Part shown: in pieces, positions 30,003 through 40,061 of the stretch
How positions within the stretch are numbered: position 1 is the stretch's first letter
Layout: the number at the start of each line of letters is the position of its first letter
Assembly (NCBI GenBank): GCA_021738625.1
Contig: JAIPBS010000015.1
Coordinates: forward strand, 1 to 64,000
DNA: 64,000 bases
Direction of reading: 5' to 3'
DNA from: Bacteroidales bacterium
GTDB taxonomy: Bacteria; Bacteroidota; Bacteroidia; Bacteroidales; JAIOZK01
The notes under the pieces: generated by a model
What the model was told of the DNA's origin: nothing
Database searches by the model: none
What the model saw: only the letters and a program-made list of their open reading frames with translations
Position numbers and translations under genes: made by a program

Positions 30003-30317
30003 TTAAGCAGTGATTTTACTATGCGACTTATCAATTCTAACGGATAAGATACCTGAATTCAGGCTAGCTCTTATCGAATGCGGATCGGCGTTGGCAGGAA
30101 GCTTAAATTTTCTTTCATAAAGCTTTTCTTTTCTGTTGGGAACCATGATCTGCCTGATCACTGATATTTTCAACATATCATGGGTAACATTAACACTTAC
30201 ATCTTCCTGCTGAAAATCAGGCATAGAGATGTTGATAAAGTATTCTTTCAGGTTCTCACATATATCAACAGGCCTTTCACTATATGGGTTGTTGATGGAT
30301 ATCATTTTCTTTTTCAT
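30003..30317 (-). CDS. Hsp20/alpha-crystallin-like small protein
   Basis: YFINISMPDFQQEDVSVNVTHDMLKISV...ERKFKLPANADPHSIRASLNSGILSVRIDK shows the alpha-crystallin-domain beta-sandwich pattern. Confidence 0.45.
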   Translation of the reverse strand: MKKKMISINNPYSERPVDICENLKEYFINISMPDFQQEDVSVNVTHDMLKISVIRQIMVPNRKEKLYERKFKLPANADPHSIRASLNSGILSVRIDKSHSKITA

Positions 30318-30489
30318 TTTTGTGTTTGTTTGTTATATGAGTGGAATAAAAAAATGTGCCACAAATCCGACACTTTGCAGAACACACATCTGTCAAGCAT
30401 TCAAGAAGGAAGACCTATTTATTTGCCTTTCATTTTTAATAATAAAATCAATGAAAAAAAATCAGCATGTGAAAGAAAATCTACATCCT

Positions 30490-31848
30490 TTAAGAAGTTT
30501 TATTCAGTGCGATACCGAATTGCTTCAATTTATTATAAAGTGTTTTCCTGTCGATATTCAAAAGTTTGGCGGCTTTGGATTTATTGTAGTCCGCTTTTTC
30601 CAGGGTGTTCAGTATAACTTTCTTTTCGGCGGATACGGCTGCTTCTTTCAGGTTTCCACTCTTATCTCCGTCAATTGAAGTATATTCATAAGCGGAATCA
30701 ATACCAAGCATATCCTCAGGCAAGTCTTCCACAAGAACTTCATCCGATTTGGCCAGCAACACAGCACGTTTAATCATATTGCGCAATTCCCTGAAATTTC
30801 CCAGCCATCTATGATTCATAAAAATGGATTTAACTTCCTTGCTAAACCCCTGCACATCTTTTTCCAGTTCTTCGTTGGCTTCTTCCCTGAATTTTTCGGC
30901 AAAGATCAGGATATCCTTACTGCGTTCCCTCAGAGGCGGCACATTGATCTTAAATTCATTGATGCGGTGATAAAGGTCATCTCTGAATTTATTCTCCTTC
31001 ACCATATTGAGCAGGGGCTCGTTGGAAGCAGCTATAATGCGCACATCAATTTCAATATTCTTGTTCTCGCCAACGCGGTTGATCACCCTTTCCTGCAAAA
31101 CCCGCAACAGTTTCACCTGCACTTCGTAGGGCAAATTCCCAATCTCGTCCAGGAAAAGGGTTCCGCTCTCGGCTGCCTGAAATGAACCTTCTTTGTCTTT
31201 GATGGCCCCGGTAAATGAGCCCCGCACATGGCCAAACAGTTCACTGTTGGCCAACTCATGCGGAATGGCGCCACAGTCGACCGCCACAAAAGGTTTATCT
31301 TTTCTTTTGCTATTGTAATGGATGGCACGTGATATATATTCCTTACCCGTACCGGTTTCCCCTTCTATCAAAACGGTCATGTCGGTTGGGGCGACAACTT
31401 TGGCCAGTTCCAACACCTTCTTCATCTGCGGGCTTTCGCCAATGATGAATTCTTTTTCAAAGCGCTCTTTGGAGCGGGAGCTTCTTCTTTTTCGCAAGGC
31501 GCTTTTCACAATGGTGGTGATCTCTTCGGGCCGGATGGGTTTGGTCACATAATCAAAAGCGCCGGCCTTGATCAAACGCACGGCCTGTTGTACATCAGCA
31601 TAAGCAGTGATGATAATAACAGGCAATTGCGGTGACAGCTTTTTGATGCCTTGTAAAATAGTGAGTCCGTCATTGTCGGGTAAGCGGTAGTCGCAAAGCA
31701 CCAGGTCAAAAGCTTTATCATTAATTTTATTCAGGCCCTTGCTTCCTGTGAATGCTGTATCCGTGTTGTATCCCTGACCGCTCAGATACTCATCAAGCAA
31801 TGAGCAAATATAGGTATCGTCGTCAATGATCAAAATGTTTTTTTTCAT
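30490..31848 (-). CDS. Sigma-54-dependent Fis-family response regulator (NtrC-like)
   Basis: REC (ILIIDDD...LCDYRLPDNDG), AAA+ sigma-54 activator core (GETGTGKE, ESELFGH-like NSELFGHVRGSFTGA), and a C-terminal Fis-type helix-turn-helix. Confidence 0.9.
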   Translation of the reverse strand: MKKNILIIDDDTYICSLLDEYLSGQGYNTDTAFTGSKGLNKINDKAFDLVLCDYRLPDNDGLTILQGIKKLSPQLPVIIITAYADVQQAVRLIKAGAFDYVTKPIRPEEITTIVKSALRKRRSSRSKERFEKEFIIGESPQMKKVLELAKVVAPTDMTVLIEGETGTGKEYISRAIHYNSKRKDKPFVAVDCGAIPHELANSELFGHVRGSFTGAIKDKEGSFQAAESGTLFLDEIGNLPYEVQVKLLRVLQERVINRVGENKNIEIDVRIIAASNEPLLNMVKENKFRDDLYHRINEFKINVPPLRERSKDILIFAEKFREEANEELEKDVQGFSKEVKSIFMNHRWLGNFRELRNMIKRAVLLAKSDEVLVEDLPEDMLGIDSAYEYTSIDGDKSGNLKEAAVSAEKKVILNTLEKADYNKSKAAKLLNIDRKTLYNKLKQFGIALNKTS

Positions 31849-34193
31849 GCGATATGCTCCTTTAAGGCTTTGTTAACTTTGGTAATGATCTCGATCACAT
31901 CCAGGGTTTTGGCTTTTACCAGGTCATAATCGGGTTTATCGGATTTGAGATTGGTTTCAATATAATCGAGTTTGGGGATCAGGCTATTCACTTTCAAATG
32001 CTTGCTGGAGGGAAGCAACTTATGGGCTACCCCGGCAAGTTCATCCCATCTCTCTTTTTCAAGGTAATAAGACATCATTGAGCGGGCGCTGGAAGAATTT
32101 TTACAAAATGTATTTACCATTTTCTCCATGAACTCTTTCTTTCCCTTACCAAATTGTTTCAATTCACCCAGATCAAATAGCGCACCATTTTTTTCAACCT
32201 TGATGTTTTCCTTTTCTTCATCCTTTTTCGGAGGCAGTACTCTGCTGTATCCCAGCAAGCGAATAATCTTTTTGAACAGCTCCTCCTCTCTGAAGGGTTT
32301 AGTAAGATAATCATCCATGCCGGCTTCCATAAAATGTTCCAGATCCCGTTTCAGCACATTGGCAGTAAGGGCAAGTATATGCGGTTGCCTTCCGCCAGGC
32401 TGGTATCGTGCTCTCAACCTTTTTGCTACCTCCATACCACTGATGCCGGGCATATGTATGTCAAGCAAGATAACATCATAAAAATCATCCTCAAGTTTAT
32501 CCAACGCATCCCAGCCGTCAACCGCCATTTCAAATTCCACCTTCCATTCTTCAAGTATGCTTTCGCCAAGCAACCTGACCATATCATCATCATCAACAAG
32601 CAAAATTTTCTTACCTCTTAACTTTTCAGCCTCTATCATCCCGTCAGAGGGAGTTTGCTCAGGAATAGCGTCTGTCTTTTTAAAAGGGATGATAATGCTG
32701 AAAGTGCTGCCGTATCCAACCTCACTTTCAACAGAAAGTGTTCCGTCTTGCAATTCGACCAGTGTCTTGCTGATGGTCAGCCCGAGGCCCGAACCGCTAT
32801 ATTTTTTCGTGATGCCTGTGTCGTCCTGGTAGTATTCCTCAAAAATTGCCTTCTGCTTGTTCGCCGGTATACCGATACCGGTATCCGCCACATCAATCCT
32901 CACCAGACATCCCTCGTCGCTCTCCTCGAGTATATCGGCCAGAACCTGCACCTTTCCCTTTTCCGTGAATTTGATGGCATTGTTTACCAGGTTGATGATC
33001 ACCTGCCTCAACTGACCCTCATCACCCAATAGCGGTTTATTCAGGCGGGTTGAGCTATAAAAGCTCAAATTAAGTTGCTTTTTCTCAGCCTTGATCCGCA
33101 TAATATTATCAACCTCATTAAAAATGTCGTTCAGTTTGAAGGGCTTGAGCTCGAACTGAATTTCGCCTGACTCGACTTGCGAAAGGGTAAGGGTTTCGTT
33201 AACAATGGACAGCAAATGTTTGGACGACAACTGAATGGCGTCCAGGTAACTTTGCTGCTTGTTGTCGAGCCTGGTTTTGGCCAGCTGATCGCCAAAACCA
33301 ACCACCGAACTTAGGGGGGTTCTGATCTCGTGGCTCATATTGGCAAGAAATTCACTCTTGGCCATATTGGCCTTTTCGGCCGACAGTTTTGCCTTTTTGA
33401 GCACATCTTCGTTGATCTTATCCTGTGTTATGTTCTCAAATACCAACATAACATTTTGTACAGGCTCTTTCTTCGACAGGGGTACGGCCTGAACATAATA
33501 TGTATTGCCTTTGTATTCCATTTCATTGGTGATTGTACTTCCCCTAAACGACAACTCAATGATGGTATTGATGCTTTTCAATTGCTCCCCTTCAAAGAGC
33601 ACTGAAGGATCGCTTCCTTCCACCTGTTTTCTGTCAATTTTCAAAAGTCTCAGTTCGGGTCCTTCAGCAATCTCAATGAATGTTTTTTCATTTAATAAAA
33701 GTATAAACACATTGGGAATACTGTCGATCATTTTCCGGTAGAGGTATTCGCTTTGGAGAATAAAATCCTGGGAAAACATCTGATGCGTGATGTCACGCAC
33801 GGTTTCAACGACATAAGCAACGCCTCCGTCTTCGTCCGATACCGGTATCAGGGTTCTTTCAATAGTAAGCTTACCCTTTTCGGTTTTGAATTCATAAACT
33901 GAATTCATACAGTCTTTTGATTGCAAGCAATTTTTCGTATCGGATAAAACTGTTTCCAATGAATTTTCAGGGTATAAATCTTTAATAAAAAGATTGTTGC
34001 CTGGCTTAGGCGAACTTTTTCCAAAAAGTTTGTGGTAATGATCCGTGTGATCCAACACCTCAAGATTGGAATCAATAACGGCTATACCTTCCGGCATTAT
34101 GTTGTATAATTTCTTGGACTTGCCAAACTGCTCCAGAAATTTATCAGGCCCGCCGAATTGCTTTTGGATGTAATCCATATTAATTTTTCTCAT
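31845..34193 (-). CDS. Hybrid sensor histidine kinase/response regulator with PAS and Hpt domains
   Basis: PAS domains, HisKA (ANMSHEIRTPLSSV), HATPase_c (GTGIGIP...GSGLGLTIS), REC (ILLVDDDD...LLDIHMPGISG), and a C-terminal Hpt (AHKLLPSSKHL). Its stop overlaps the NtrC-like gene start by 4 nt. Confidence 0.9.
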   Translation of the reverse strand: MRKINMDYIQKQFGGPDKFLEQFGKSKKLYNIMPEGIAVIDSNLEVLDHTDHYHKLFGKSSPKPGNNLFIKDLYPENSLETVLSDTKNCLQSKDCMNSVYEFKTEKGKLTIERTLIPVSDEDGGVAYVVETVRDITHQMFSQDFILQSEYLYRKMIDSIPNVFILLLNEKTFIEIAEGPELRLLKIDRKQVEGSDPSVLFEGEQLKSINTIIELSFRGSTITNEMEYKGNTYYVQAVPLSKKEPVQNVMLVFENITQDKINEDVLKKAKLSAEKANMAKSEFLANMSHEIRTPLSSVVGFGDQLAKTRLDNKQQSYLDAIQLSSKHLLSIVNETLTLSQVESGEIQFELKPFKLNDIFNEVDNIMRIKAEKKQLNLSFYSSTRLNKPLLGDEGQLRQVIINLVNNAIKFTEKGKVQVLADILEESDEGCLVRIDVADTGIGIPANKQKAIFEEYYQDDTGITKKYSGSGLGLTISKTLVELQDGTLSVESEVGYGSTFSIIIPFKKTDAIPEQTPSDGMIEAEKLRGKKILLVDDDDMVRLLGESILEEWKVEFEMAVDGWDALDKLEDDFYDVILLDIHMPGISGMEVAKRLRARYQPGGRQPHILALTANVLKRDLEHFMEAGMDDYLTKPFREEELFKKIIRLLGYSRVLPPKKDEEKENIKVEKNGALFDLGELKQFGKGKKEFMEKMVNTFCKNSSSARSMMSYYLEKERWDELAGVAHKLLPSSKHLKVNSLIPKLDYIETNLKSDKPDYDLVKAKTLDVIEIITKVNKALKEHIA

Positions 34194-34445
34194 AGCAAAT
34201 CATTATCAAGAACAACATGCGTAATAAACTCCACATTTTGCTCACTTCCGGGTTTTAAAGTTAAACATTTTTACCAACAGTTTTCCACACCGCTTATAAA
34301 AATGCCAATTGATAAGCAAAAACAACTCCATTTGATGATAAAACAAATATAAATAACACATTGTTATCAGAGAATCCACCAAAAGAGTGGCATGGGATTG
34401 GCAGGACTGAAAGAAAAACAATTATTCAAAAGTTAGGATTAAGCA

Positions 34446-35300
34446 ATGAAGAGGATTGTAACACCAACTGATTTCAGTAAGCTAAGCGACTACGGACTGC
34501 TGATGGCCCTGCAAATTGCAAAAAAGCTCAATGCGGAGATTTTTCTTCTGAATATCATCTACCCCCCACAGGGAACCACCTTTTCTGCCTATGGCGATGT
34601 GAATAAACTTCCCCGGAACGAACAGGACCGCTTTACCGTTGAGCTTGTCAGGAAAAACCTGCAGCGAATGGAGGCACTCCAAGAAAAATATAAATCTTAC
34701 AGTATTAAGATGGAGCCAGGCATCGAGTTCGGCAATCTGAAAAACGGCATCGATCAGTTTATCGTGAACAATGATATTGATTTGGTGGTTATGGGTGCAA
34801 ACAGCAGCCAGAACTTTGTTGAACATTTCGTTGGCAACAACACCGAAAAAGTGATCCGGGTTTCAAAATGCCCGGTGATCACCACAAAAAGGGAGATCAA
34901 AAGTTTCGAACCGAAAAACCTTGTGATCCCACTTGATGTTGACAATGAATTATTTGAAGGCCTGGAGAAGATCGTAGAATTTGGAGAAGAGGTGAATGGC
35001 AAAATGCATCTGTTGCACATATTGAATTCAAGCGGTTTAACTACGGAAGTATCTCTGCAACGGCTTGAAAAGGTTGCAAAAGATTACCGCATAAAAGACT
35101 ACACCCTGAACACCATTGACGAAAAAAACGCCGTTCAGGGCGTAAACGGTTTTGCAAAACGGATCAAAGCGGATATGATCGCCATGATCACCCATGGCCG
35201 AAAAGGGCTTAAGAATTTGATTTTCGGAAGTATGGCTGAAGAACTCATTAAAGAAAATGAGATCCCCATGTTGATCATAAATAAAGAAGAAATTATTTAA
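34446..35300 (+). CDS. Tandem universal stress protein (UspA family)
   Basis: Two USP domains (VVMGANSSQN...; MIAMITHGRKGLKNLIFGSMAEEL). Confidence 0.8.
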   Translation: MKRIVTPTDFSKLSDYGLLMALQIAKKLNAEIFLLNIIYPPQGTTFSAYGDVNKLPRNEQDRFTVELVRKNLQRMEALQEKYKSYSIKMEPGIEFGNLKNGIDQFIVNNDIDLVVMGANSSQNFVEHFVGNNTEKVIRVSKCPVITTKREIKSFEPKNLVIPLDVDNELFEGLEKIVEFGEEVNGKMHLLHILNSSGLTTEVSLQRLEKVAKDYRIKDYTLNTIDEKNAVQGVNGFAKRIKADMIAMITHGRKGLKNLIFGSMAEELIKENEIPMLIINKEEII

Positions 35301-35738
35301 TTATACCGGCTCCGACAAGTTCGCCAGTTGGGGAATATGCAATTGTATCCAGGTATAGAACGGCAATATCTCATCCTGCAACTGATCAGGAAGTTTTTCC
35401 TTTATGATCTCATGCAGGGCGTTTAAAACAGCCGGCCAGTAAGCCAGTTGAAAACCATGTGAGCGATAGGCCCTGAATACCCATAACAAAGTTTCAACAA
35501 AAACCTGTGGATCGAATGCCTTAAATACGGATTCCATGAAACGCACTTGGTTGGCGTGGTTGTCGCGCATCATGGCAAGGTTTTCTTTGCCGATCATTTT
35601 TTTCAGGTCGTCGCGTTGCTCCAACCAGCGGTTTAGTTCCGACAACAGTTCATGGCTGTGCGCTGAAAATGTCCGGGCCGCCTCCTCAGAAGGTTGCCTG
35701 AGCTTAGCTGCATCTTTTATCAATTCTTTTTTTGTCAT
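35301..35738 (-). CDS. Hypothetical all-alpha protein (possible sensor or accessory protein)
   Basis: 145 aa, helical, no signal peptide, at the tail of the kinase array. I could not assign a family. Confidence 0.35.
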   Translation of the reverse strand: MTKKELIKDAAKLRQPSEEAARTFSAHSHELLSELNRWLEQRDDLKKMIGKENLAMMRDNHANQVRFMESVFKAFDPQVFVETLLWVFRAYRSHGFQLAYWPAVLNALHEIIKEKLPDQLQDEILPFYTWIQLHIPQLANLSEPV

Positions 35739-35864
35739 AAGTTCAAAATATTATACCGATTCGGAATAAGTTTGCAATGATTGACCTCCTGCTTCTATCG
35801 GTATAACTGAATCTAGCAGAAAAAAGCTTTGCATTTTTAATAAGATTCAGTATACATGATCATT

Positions 35865-36977
35865 TCATTTTCGTCCAAGAGCCGGCAACAGGAATATAAA
35901 CTCGGAACCTGCTCCCGCTTTGCTTTCAACGCGAATACTGCCTGCATGGGCATCAATAATCTTTTTCACAATAGCCAGACCCAGGCCGGTGCTTTTCTCA
36001 TCGGCTGTGGGCCGTACCGAAGTTTTGGAAAAGGTTTTGAACAACAGGGGCAATTCCTTTTCGGGTATTCCCGGCCCCTGGTCCTTAACAGAAACCCGGG
36101 CATATCCCCCCTTTTCCTTAAGCTCAACCTCTACATTTGTCCCTGCTTCGGAAAACTTAACGGCATTGGATAGCAGGTTATTCATCACCTGCTCGATTTT
36201 ACCCATATCCGCATTTACCGGCAAACTATCCAAAGCCGTCTTTATATCGATCCGAATATCCTTCTTATCTCCAAAAGGTTTGTTCAGGCGAATTGACTTG
36301 CTTACAAGTTGAAGCAAGTCAAAAACTTCCATATCGAGCTTCACCTTGCCCGATTCAATGCGCGCAAAATCCAGCAGCTCATTCAACAGATCCAACATAA
36401 ACTGGCTTTGCGATTCAAGGGTTTTCAGGATATCCATTTCTTCATCATTCAATCTGTCGCGCAATTCATCCTGCAAATAATCGGAATATGACATAACCAG
36501 GCCGATTGGGTTGCGCAGATCGTGCGCGGCAACGCCCAGAAACTCATTCTTCTGCTCATTCATCTGCTGAAGTTCCGTGTTTTTCTTGTACAACTCACGG
36601 CTAAGATTATTCAGCTCATTGTTGAGCGCGAGTAATTCCTGTCTAAGTTTGACATTTTCTTTTTCACTTTGTTCGCCCAAAACCAAGGTAAGCTCATCAT
36701 CTGTTTTATAAAAACTGAAATAAAATGTTTCGGGAAGATTTTCGGGCGTTTTCACATTCAGCAAAAGGGGGCCATTGCTCTCCAACAGCTTATCCAGGCT
36801 CAATTCACCGGTAAAATCAAGAATAAGGTTCCGGATATTTTTACCCACAATCTCAGCACCCAATATCCGTTCGGCAAAAACATTGGATTTTTTAACAAAG
36901 CCCCTTTCATCCATAAGCATCATGATGATACTTGCATGCTCATTGACATATTTATTCAGGATAGCCGACTTCTTCAT
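35865..36977 (-). CDS. Sensor histidine kinase (PAS - coiled coil - HisKA - HATPase)
   Basis: HisKA H-box (GVAAHDLRNPIG), with N, G1 and G2 boxes (NLLSNAVKFS, DQGPGIP, GLGLAIVKKI). Confidence 0.85.
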   Translation of the reverse strand: MKKSAILNKYVNEHASIIMMLMDERGFVKKSNVFAERILGAEIVGKNIRNLILDFTGELSLDKLLESNGPLLLNVKTPENLPETFYFSFYKTDDELTLVLGEQSEKENVKLRQELLALNNELNNLSRELYKKNTELQQMNEQKNEFLGVAAHDLRNPIGLVMSYSDYLQDELRDRLNDEEMDILKTLESQSQFMLDLLNELLDFARIESGKVKLDMEVFDLLQLVSKSIRLNKPFGDKKDIRIDIKTALDSLPVNADMGKIEQVMNNLLSNAVKFSEAGTNVEVELKEKGGYARVSVKDQGPGIPEKELPLLFKTFSKTSVRPTADEKSTGLGLAIVKKIIDAHAGSIRVESKAGAGSEFIFLLPALGRK

Positions 36978-36983
36978 TGCGCA

Positions 36984-37622
36984 TCAATTGTAATTTCCAA
37001 TAAATGACTCGAGTTCCTCAAGGCTCAGGATCAATTTAACCTCATCCATATTTTTAATTAGATTTTGACCTCCCCATCTGAATGCCTGACCTCCGACAAT
37101 TATGGATTGGGACGGAAAGTTTTCCCTGATCAGATCGACCATTTCCTTCATCACGGAAAAATTAAAAGAAACGCTAACGGACAATGCGATGATATCGGGC
37201 TTCCTTTCACTGATCATCGACAACACCTCGCTTTGTGGGGTATTGGCCCCAAGGAAATACCCATCCCATCCGTTCATCTCAAAGATATCCGCAACCATGC
37301 GCGCCCCCACCTGATGATACTCATTGGCCAGGCATGTAACAACCGCTCTTCTCCCTTTTCGCTCGGTACTGAACATGTATGGGTAAACCATACTCATTTG
37401 CCGCTCCACCAGTGAAGTTGCCAGATGTTCTGTGGCTACGCTTAATTTGTTGTGCTCCCATAGTTCCCCCACCTGATAAAGTGCGCGCTGAAAAAGATCT
37501 TTATAGATTTGCCTTATTCCAACCTCCTGATCAATCAAATGGTTAACCGTTGCAACAACTGCTTGCCGGTCGCCATCTAGCAGGGCCTCGAAATATTTAT
37601 TGTAAAGCTGATCCGTTATCAT
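36984..37622 (-). CDS. Stand-alone CarH-type cobalamin (B12)-binding photoreceptor-like domain protein
   Basis: An N-terminal four-helix bundle carrying Wx9EH (ELWEHNKLSVATEHLA) plus a Rossmann B12-binding domain with ExHxxG (ANEYHQVGARMVADIF..GWD). No DNA-binding domain. The start overlaps the stop of the hybrid kinase at 37619..39559. Confidence 0.7.
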   Translation of the reverse strand: MITDQLYNKYFEALLDGDRQAVVATVNHLIDQEVGIRQIYKDLFQRALYQVGELWEHNKLSVATEHLATSLVERQMSMVYPYMFSTERKGRRAVVTCLANEYHQVGARMVADIFEMNGWDGYFLGANTPQSEVLSMISERKPDIIALSVSVSFNFSVMKEMVDLIRENFPSQSIIVGGQAFRWGGQNLIKNMDEVKLILSLEELESFIGNYN

Positions 37623-39559
37623 TTTCGCCCGTTAAGGTATTTTGCGATTGTATCGAGCAGTTGATTTCTCCTGATCGGTTTTTTCAAATAATCGTTGCAA
37701 CCCGACTCCAGCACTTTGTCCCTGTCGGTTGAAAGGGCGTAGGCTGTTTGCCCGATGATGGGAACCTGCTTATCCAGTTTGCGTATTTCACGCGTTGCTT
37801 CGTATCCATTGAGTTCAGGCATTTGAATATCCATTAGAATAAGATCAACTTTTGATTGTTTATCAAACATTTCGACAGCCACCTTCCCGTTCTCAGCTCT
37901 GATCACCTTTGCCCCTGTCGGTTGTAAAATGGTCTCCACATATAGAAAATTGGAATCGACGTCTTCAGCTACCAGGATCACTCTATCTTTGAAATTGTAT
38001 TCCCCGGCAGATTTCTCTTGCAGCAGCCCCTTCTTTTCTCGTTCATGCCTTTTTGCTTTAGAGGGCAAGGAAAAATAAAAAGTTGAGCCCTGATAGAGTT
38101 CGGATTCAAGCCACATGCGGCCACCCATTTTTTCGACCAGGCTTTTGGCAATGGTCAGTCCCAGCCCGGTTCCTCCAAATTCCCTGGTATTGCTGTCATC
38201 AACCTGTCTGAAACGTTCAAAGATCACGTCTTGTTTTTCTTTCGGGATGCCCAGGCCGGTATCCATCACCCGGATAACAATTTCGTCATTTTCAATATAA
38301 CAGGCCAACTCCACCAATCCACTTTCCGTAAATTTAAATGCATTGCCAACCAGGTTGCGGATGATCTGCTCAATCCGGCCCGGATCGGTTCTAACCTGGG
38401 TATCATTGGGGGTTTCAAGACGGAATTTGAATTCAACATTTTTTATCCGATCGTTGAATTCCCGCAAAAGACTTTGATATACATCGCCGACCAGATCATT
38501 GATATCGACCCATTTCCGATCAACTTCGAGCAGACCGGCCTCCAACTTTGCCACATCAATGATGTCGGTTATAATGCGCAAAAGGGTTTCACTGTTTCGC
38601 TGTATGTTTTTCGTAAAATCACGGACATCTTCGCGGTTGAAAGCAGGATCACCCAGCAGGTCGGAAAAACCGATAATGGCATTCATGGGCGTCCTGATTT
38701 CGTGCGACATATTGGCCAGGAAAGCAGTTTTAAGCTTATCGCTTTTCTCGGCTTCCTCTTTGGCCTTGATCAATTCCTCCCTGGCCTTCTTGAGTTCGGT
38801 GATGTCGGCAATGATACCATCCTGAAACAAGTGATCGCCATCCGAATTAAAAATGGTCCGGATATTAAATGAACCCCAAAAACTGCTCCCATCCTTTCTT
38901 AACAGTTCAATCTCATAATTTCTTACCAGTCCGTCCTCATTCAGTTTATCCAATAATGCCTCTCTTTCTTCAGGCCTGACATAATAATCCCGGATCGGTT
39001 TTTCAAGCGCTTGCTCCAGTTGTTCAAAACCAAACATTTCAAGATAGGACGGGTTGGCATACAGCAGATATCCATCCAGGGTAGAACGATAAAGGGCCAG
39101 GGGGACATTGCTGCGCAAGCCTTCAAAGGCGGATTCGGTTTCCCTGAGCTTTTCCTCTGTCCTGCGTTTCTTGTCTGTTTCCTCTTTTCGTTTGAGGGCC
39201 TGTTCGATGGCAGGAGGCAATCTGTAAAGGCGTTCTTTTACCACATAATCCCAGGCGCCCGACTTGATGGTCTGCGCCGCGGTTTCTTCATCCAGCGAAC
39301 CCGTAACGATGATAATAGGCAGATCGGGATTGATTTTTTGCAAGTCGCTGATGGCTGAAATGCCATCATACTGCGGCAGGCCATAGTCGGAGATGACCAG
39401 ATCGGGGGACTCACTCTTGATGGCTTCCAGGTAATCAATTTTGTTATCCACACTGTGGAAATCAAAATTGAATCCGGCTTTTCGGAGTTCGCGGCAAATC
39501 AGTTCCACGTCAGCCTTCAAATCTTCCAGTATCAATAGTTTAAGTTGCTTTATCTTCAT
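37619..39559 (-). CDS. Hybrid sensor histidine kinase (REC-PAS-PAS-HisKA-HATPase-REC)
   Basis: N-terminal REC (LLILEDLKADVEL...ISDYGLPQYDG), PAS modules, HisKA (ANMSHEIRTPMNAI), HATPase, and C-terminal REC (ILVAEDVDSNF...LMDIQMPELNG). Confidence 0.9.
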   Translation of the reverse strand: MKIKQLKLLILEDLKADVELICRELRKAGFNFDFHSVDNKIDYLEAIKSESPDLVISDYGLPQYDGISAISDLQKINPDLPIIIVTGSLDEETAAQTIKSGAWDYVVKERLYRLPPAIEQALKRKEETDKKRRTEEKLRETESAFEGLRSNVPLALYRSTLDGYLLYANPSYLEMFGFEQLEQALEKPIRDYYVRPEEREALLDKLNEDGLVRNYEIELLRKDGSSFWGSFNIRTIFNSDGDHLFQDGIIADITELKKAREELIKAKEEAEKSDKLKTAFLANMSHEIRTPMNAIIGFSDLLGDPAFNREDVRDFTKNIQRNSETLLRIITDIIDVAKLEAGLLEVDRKWVDINDLVGDVYQSLLREFNDRIKNVEFKFRLETPNDTQVRTDPGRIEQIIRNLVGNAFKFTESGLVELACYIENDEIVIRVMDTGLGIPKEKQDVIFERFRQVDDSNTREFGGTGLGLTIAKSLVEKMGGRMWLESELYQGSTFYFSLPSKAKRHEREKKGLLQEKSAGEYNFKDRVILVAEDVDSNFLYVETILQPTGAKVIRAENGKVAVEMFDKQSKVDLILMDIQMPELNGYEATREIRKLDKQVPIIGQTAYALSTDRDKVLESGCNDYLKKPIRRNQLLDTIAKYLNGRK

Positions 39560-39561
39560 AA

Positions 39562-40017
39562 CTATTCAGATTTGTAATCCGGTATCTCATTCATCAACAG
39601 CCAGTAAAGGCCGATCTCAGCGACGGAATCAACAAATTTATTGTAATCAACCGGTTTTACGATATAACTATTCACACCCAGTTCGTAACTTTTCACCATA
39701 TCACGCTCTTCACGCGAGGTGGTTAACACAACTACCGGAATGTTTCTGGTTCGCTCGTTGCTTTTCACTTTTTCAAGCACTTCCAGCCCGGTAACTTTCG
39801 GAAGCTTTAAATCCAGCAGAATCAATTTGGGTAATTCGTTGTTGTTTCTATCTTTAAAGGTGTTTCTACAAAAAATGTAATCAAGCGCTTGTTCTCCGTC
39901 GCGAACCACATGCATGCGCACACCGAGCTTGTGCTTTTTCAGTGCGCGTTCTGTAAGTTCCACATCGTTAGGATTGTCCTCAACAAGCAATATTTCTGCT
40001 TTTTCGCGTATTTCCAT
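39562..40017 (-). CDS. Single-domain response regulator of the phytochrome-associated (Rcp1-like) type
   Basis: ILLVEDNPNDVELTERAL...LLDLKLPKVTGLEVLEKVK...PVVVLTTSREERDMV...NSYIVKPVDYNKFVDSV closely resembles stand-alone REC partners of photoreceptor kinases. Sits 2 nt upstream of the hybrid kinase. Confidence 0.8.
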   Translation of the reverse strand: MEIREKAEILLVEDNPNDVELTERALKKHKLGVRMHVVRDGEQALDYIFCRNTFKDRNNNELPKLILLDLKLPKVTGLEVLEKVKSNERTRNIPVVVLTTSREERDMVKSYELGVNSYIVKPVDYNKFVDSVAEIGLYWLLMNEIPDYKSE

Positions 40018-40061
40018 AGGACATTTTTTTTATAAATATAACATAATATTTTCAGCCTGAA

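Noticed and set aside
35301-35738. Calling the 145-aa helical protein a globin or hemerythrin-type O2 sensor
   Set aside because: It has no hemerythrin H-HxxxE-H-HxxxxD pattern and no truncated-globin GGP..Y motif. It is all-helical only, so I left it as hypothetical.
36984-37622. Interpreting the B12-binding protein as a methyltransferase corrinoid protein (MtaC/MtbC-like)
   Set aside because: No methyltransferase partner genes are nearby, and it carries the CarH-specific Wx9EH photochemistry motif, so the photoreceptor interpretation is favoured.
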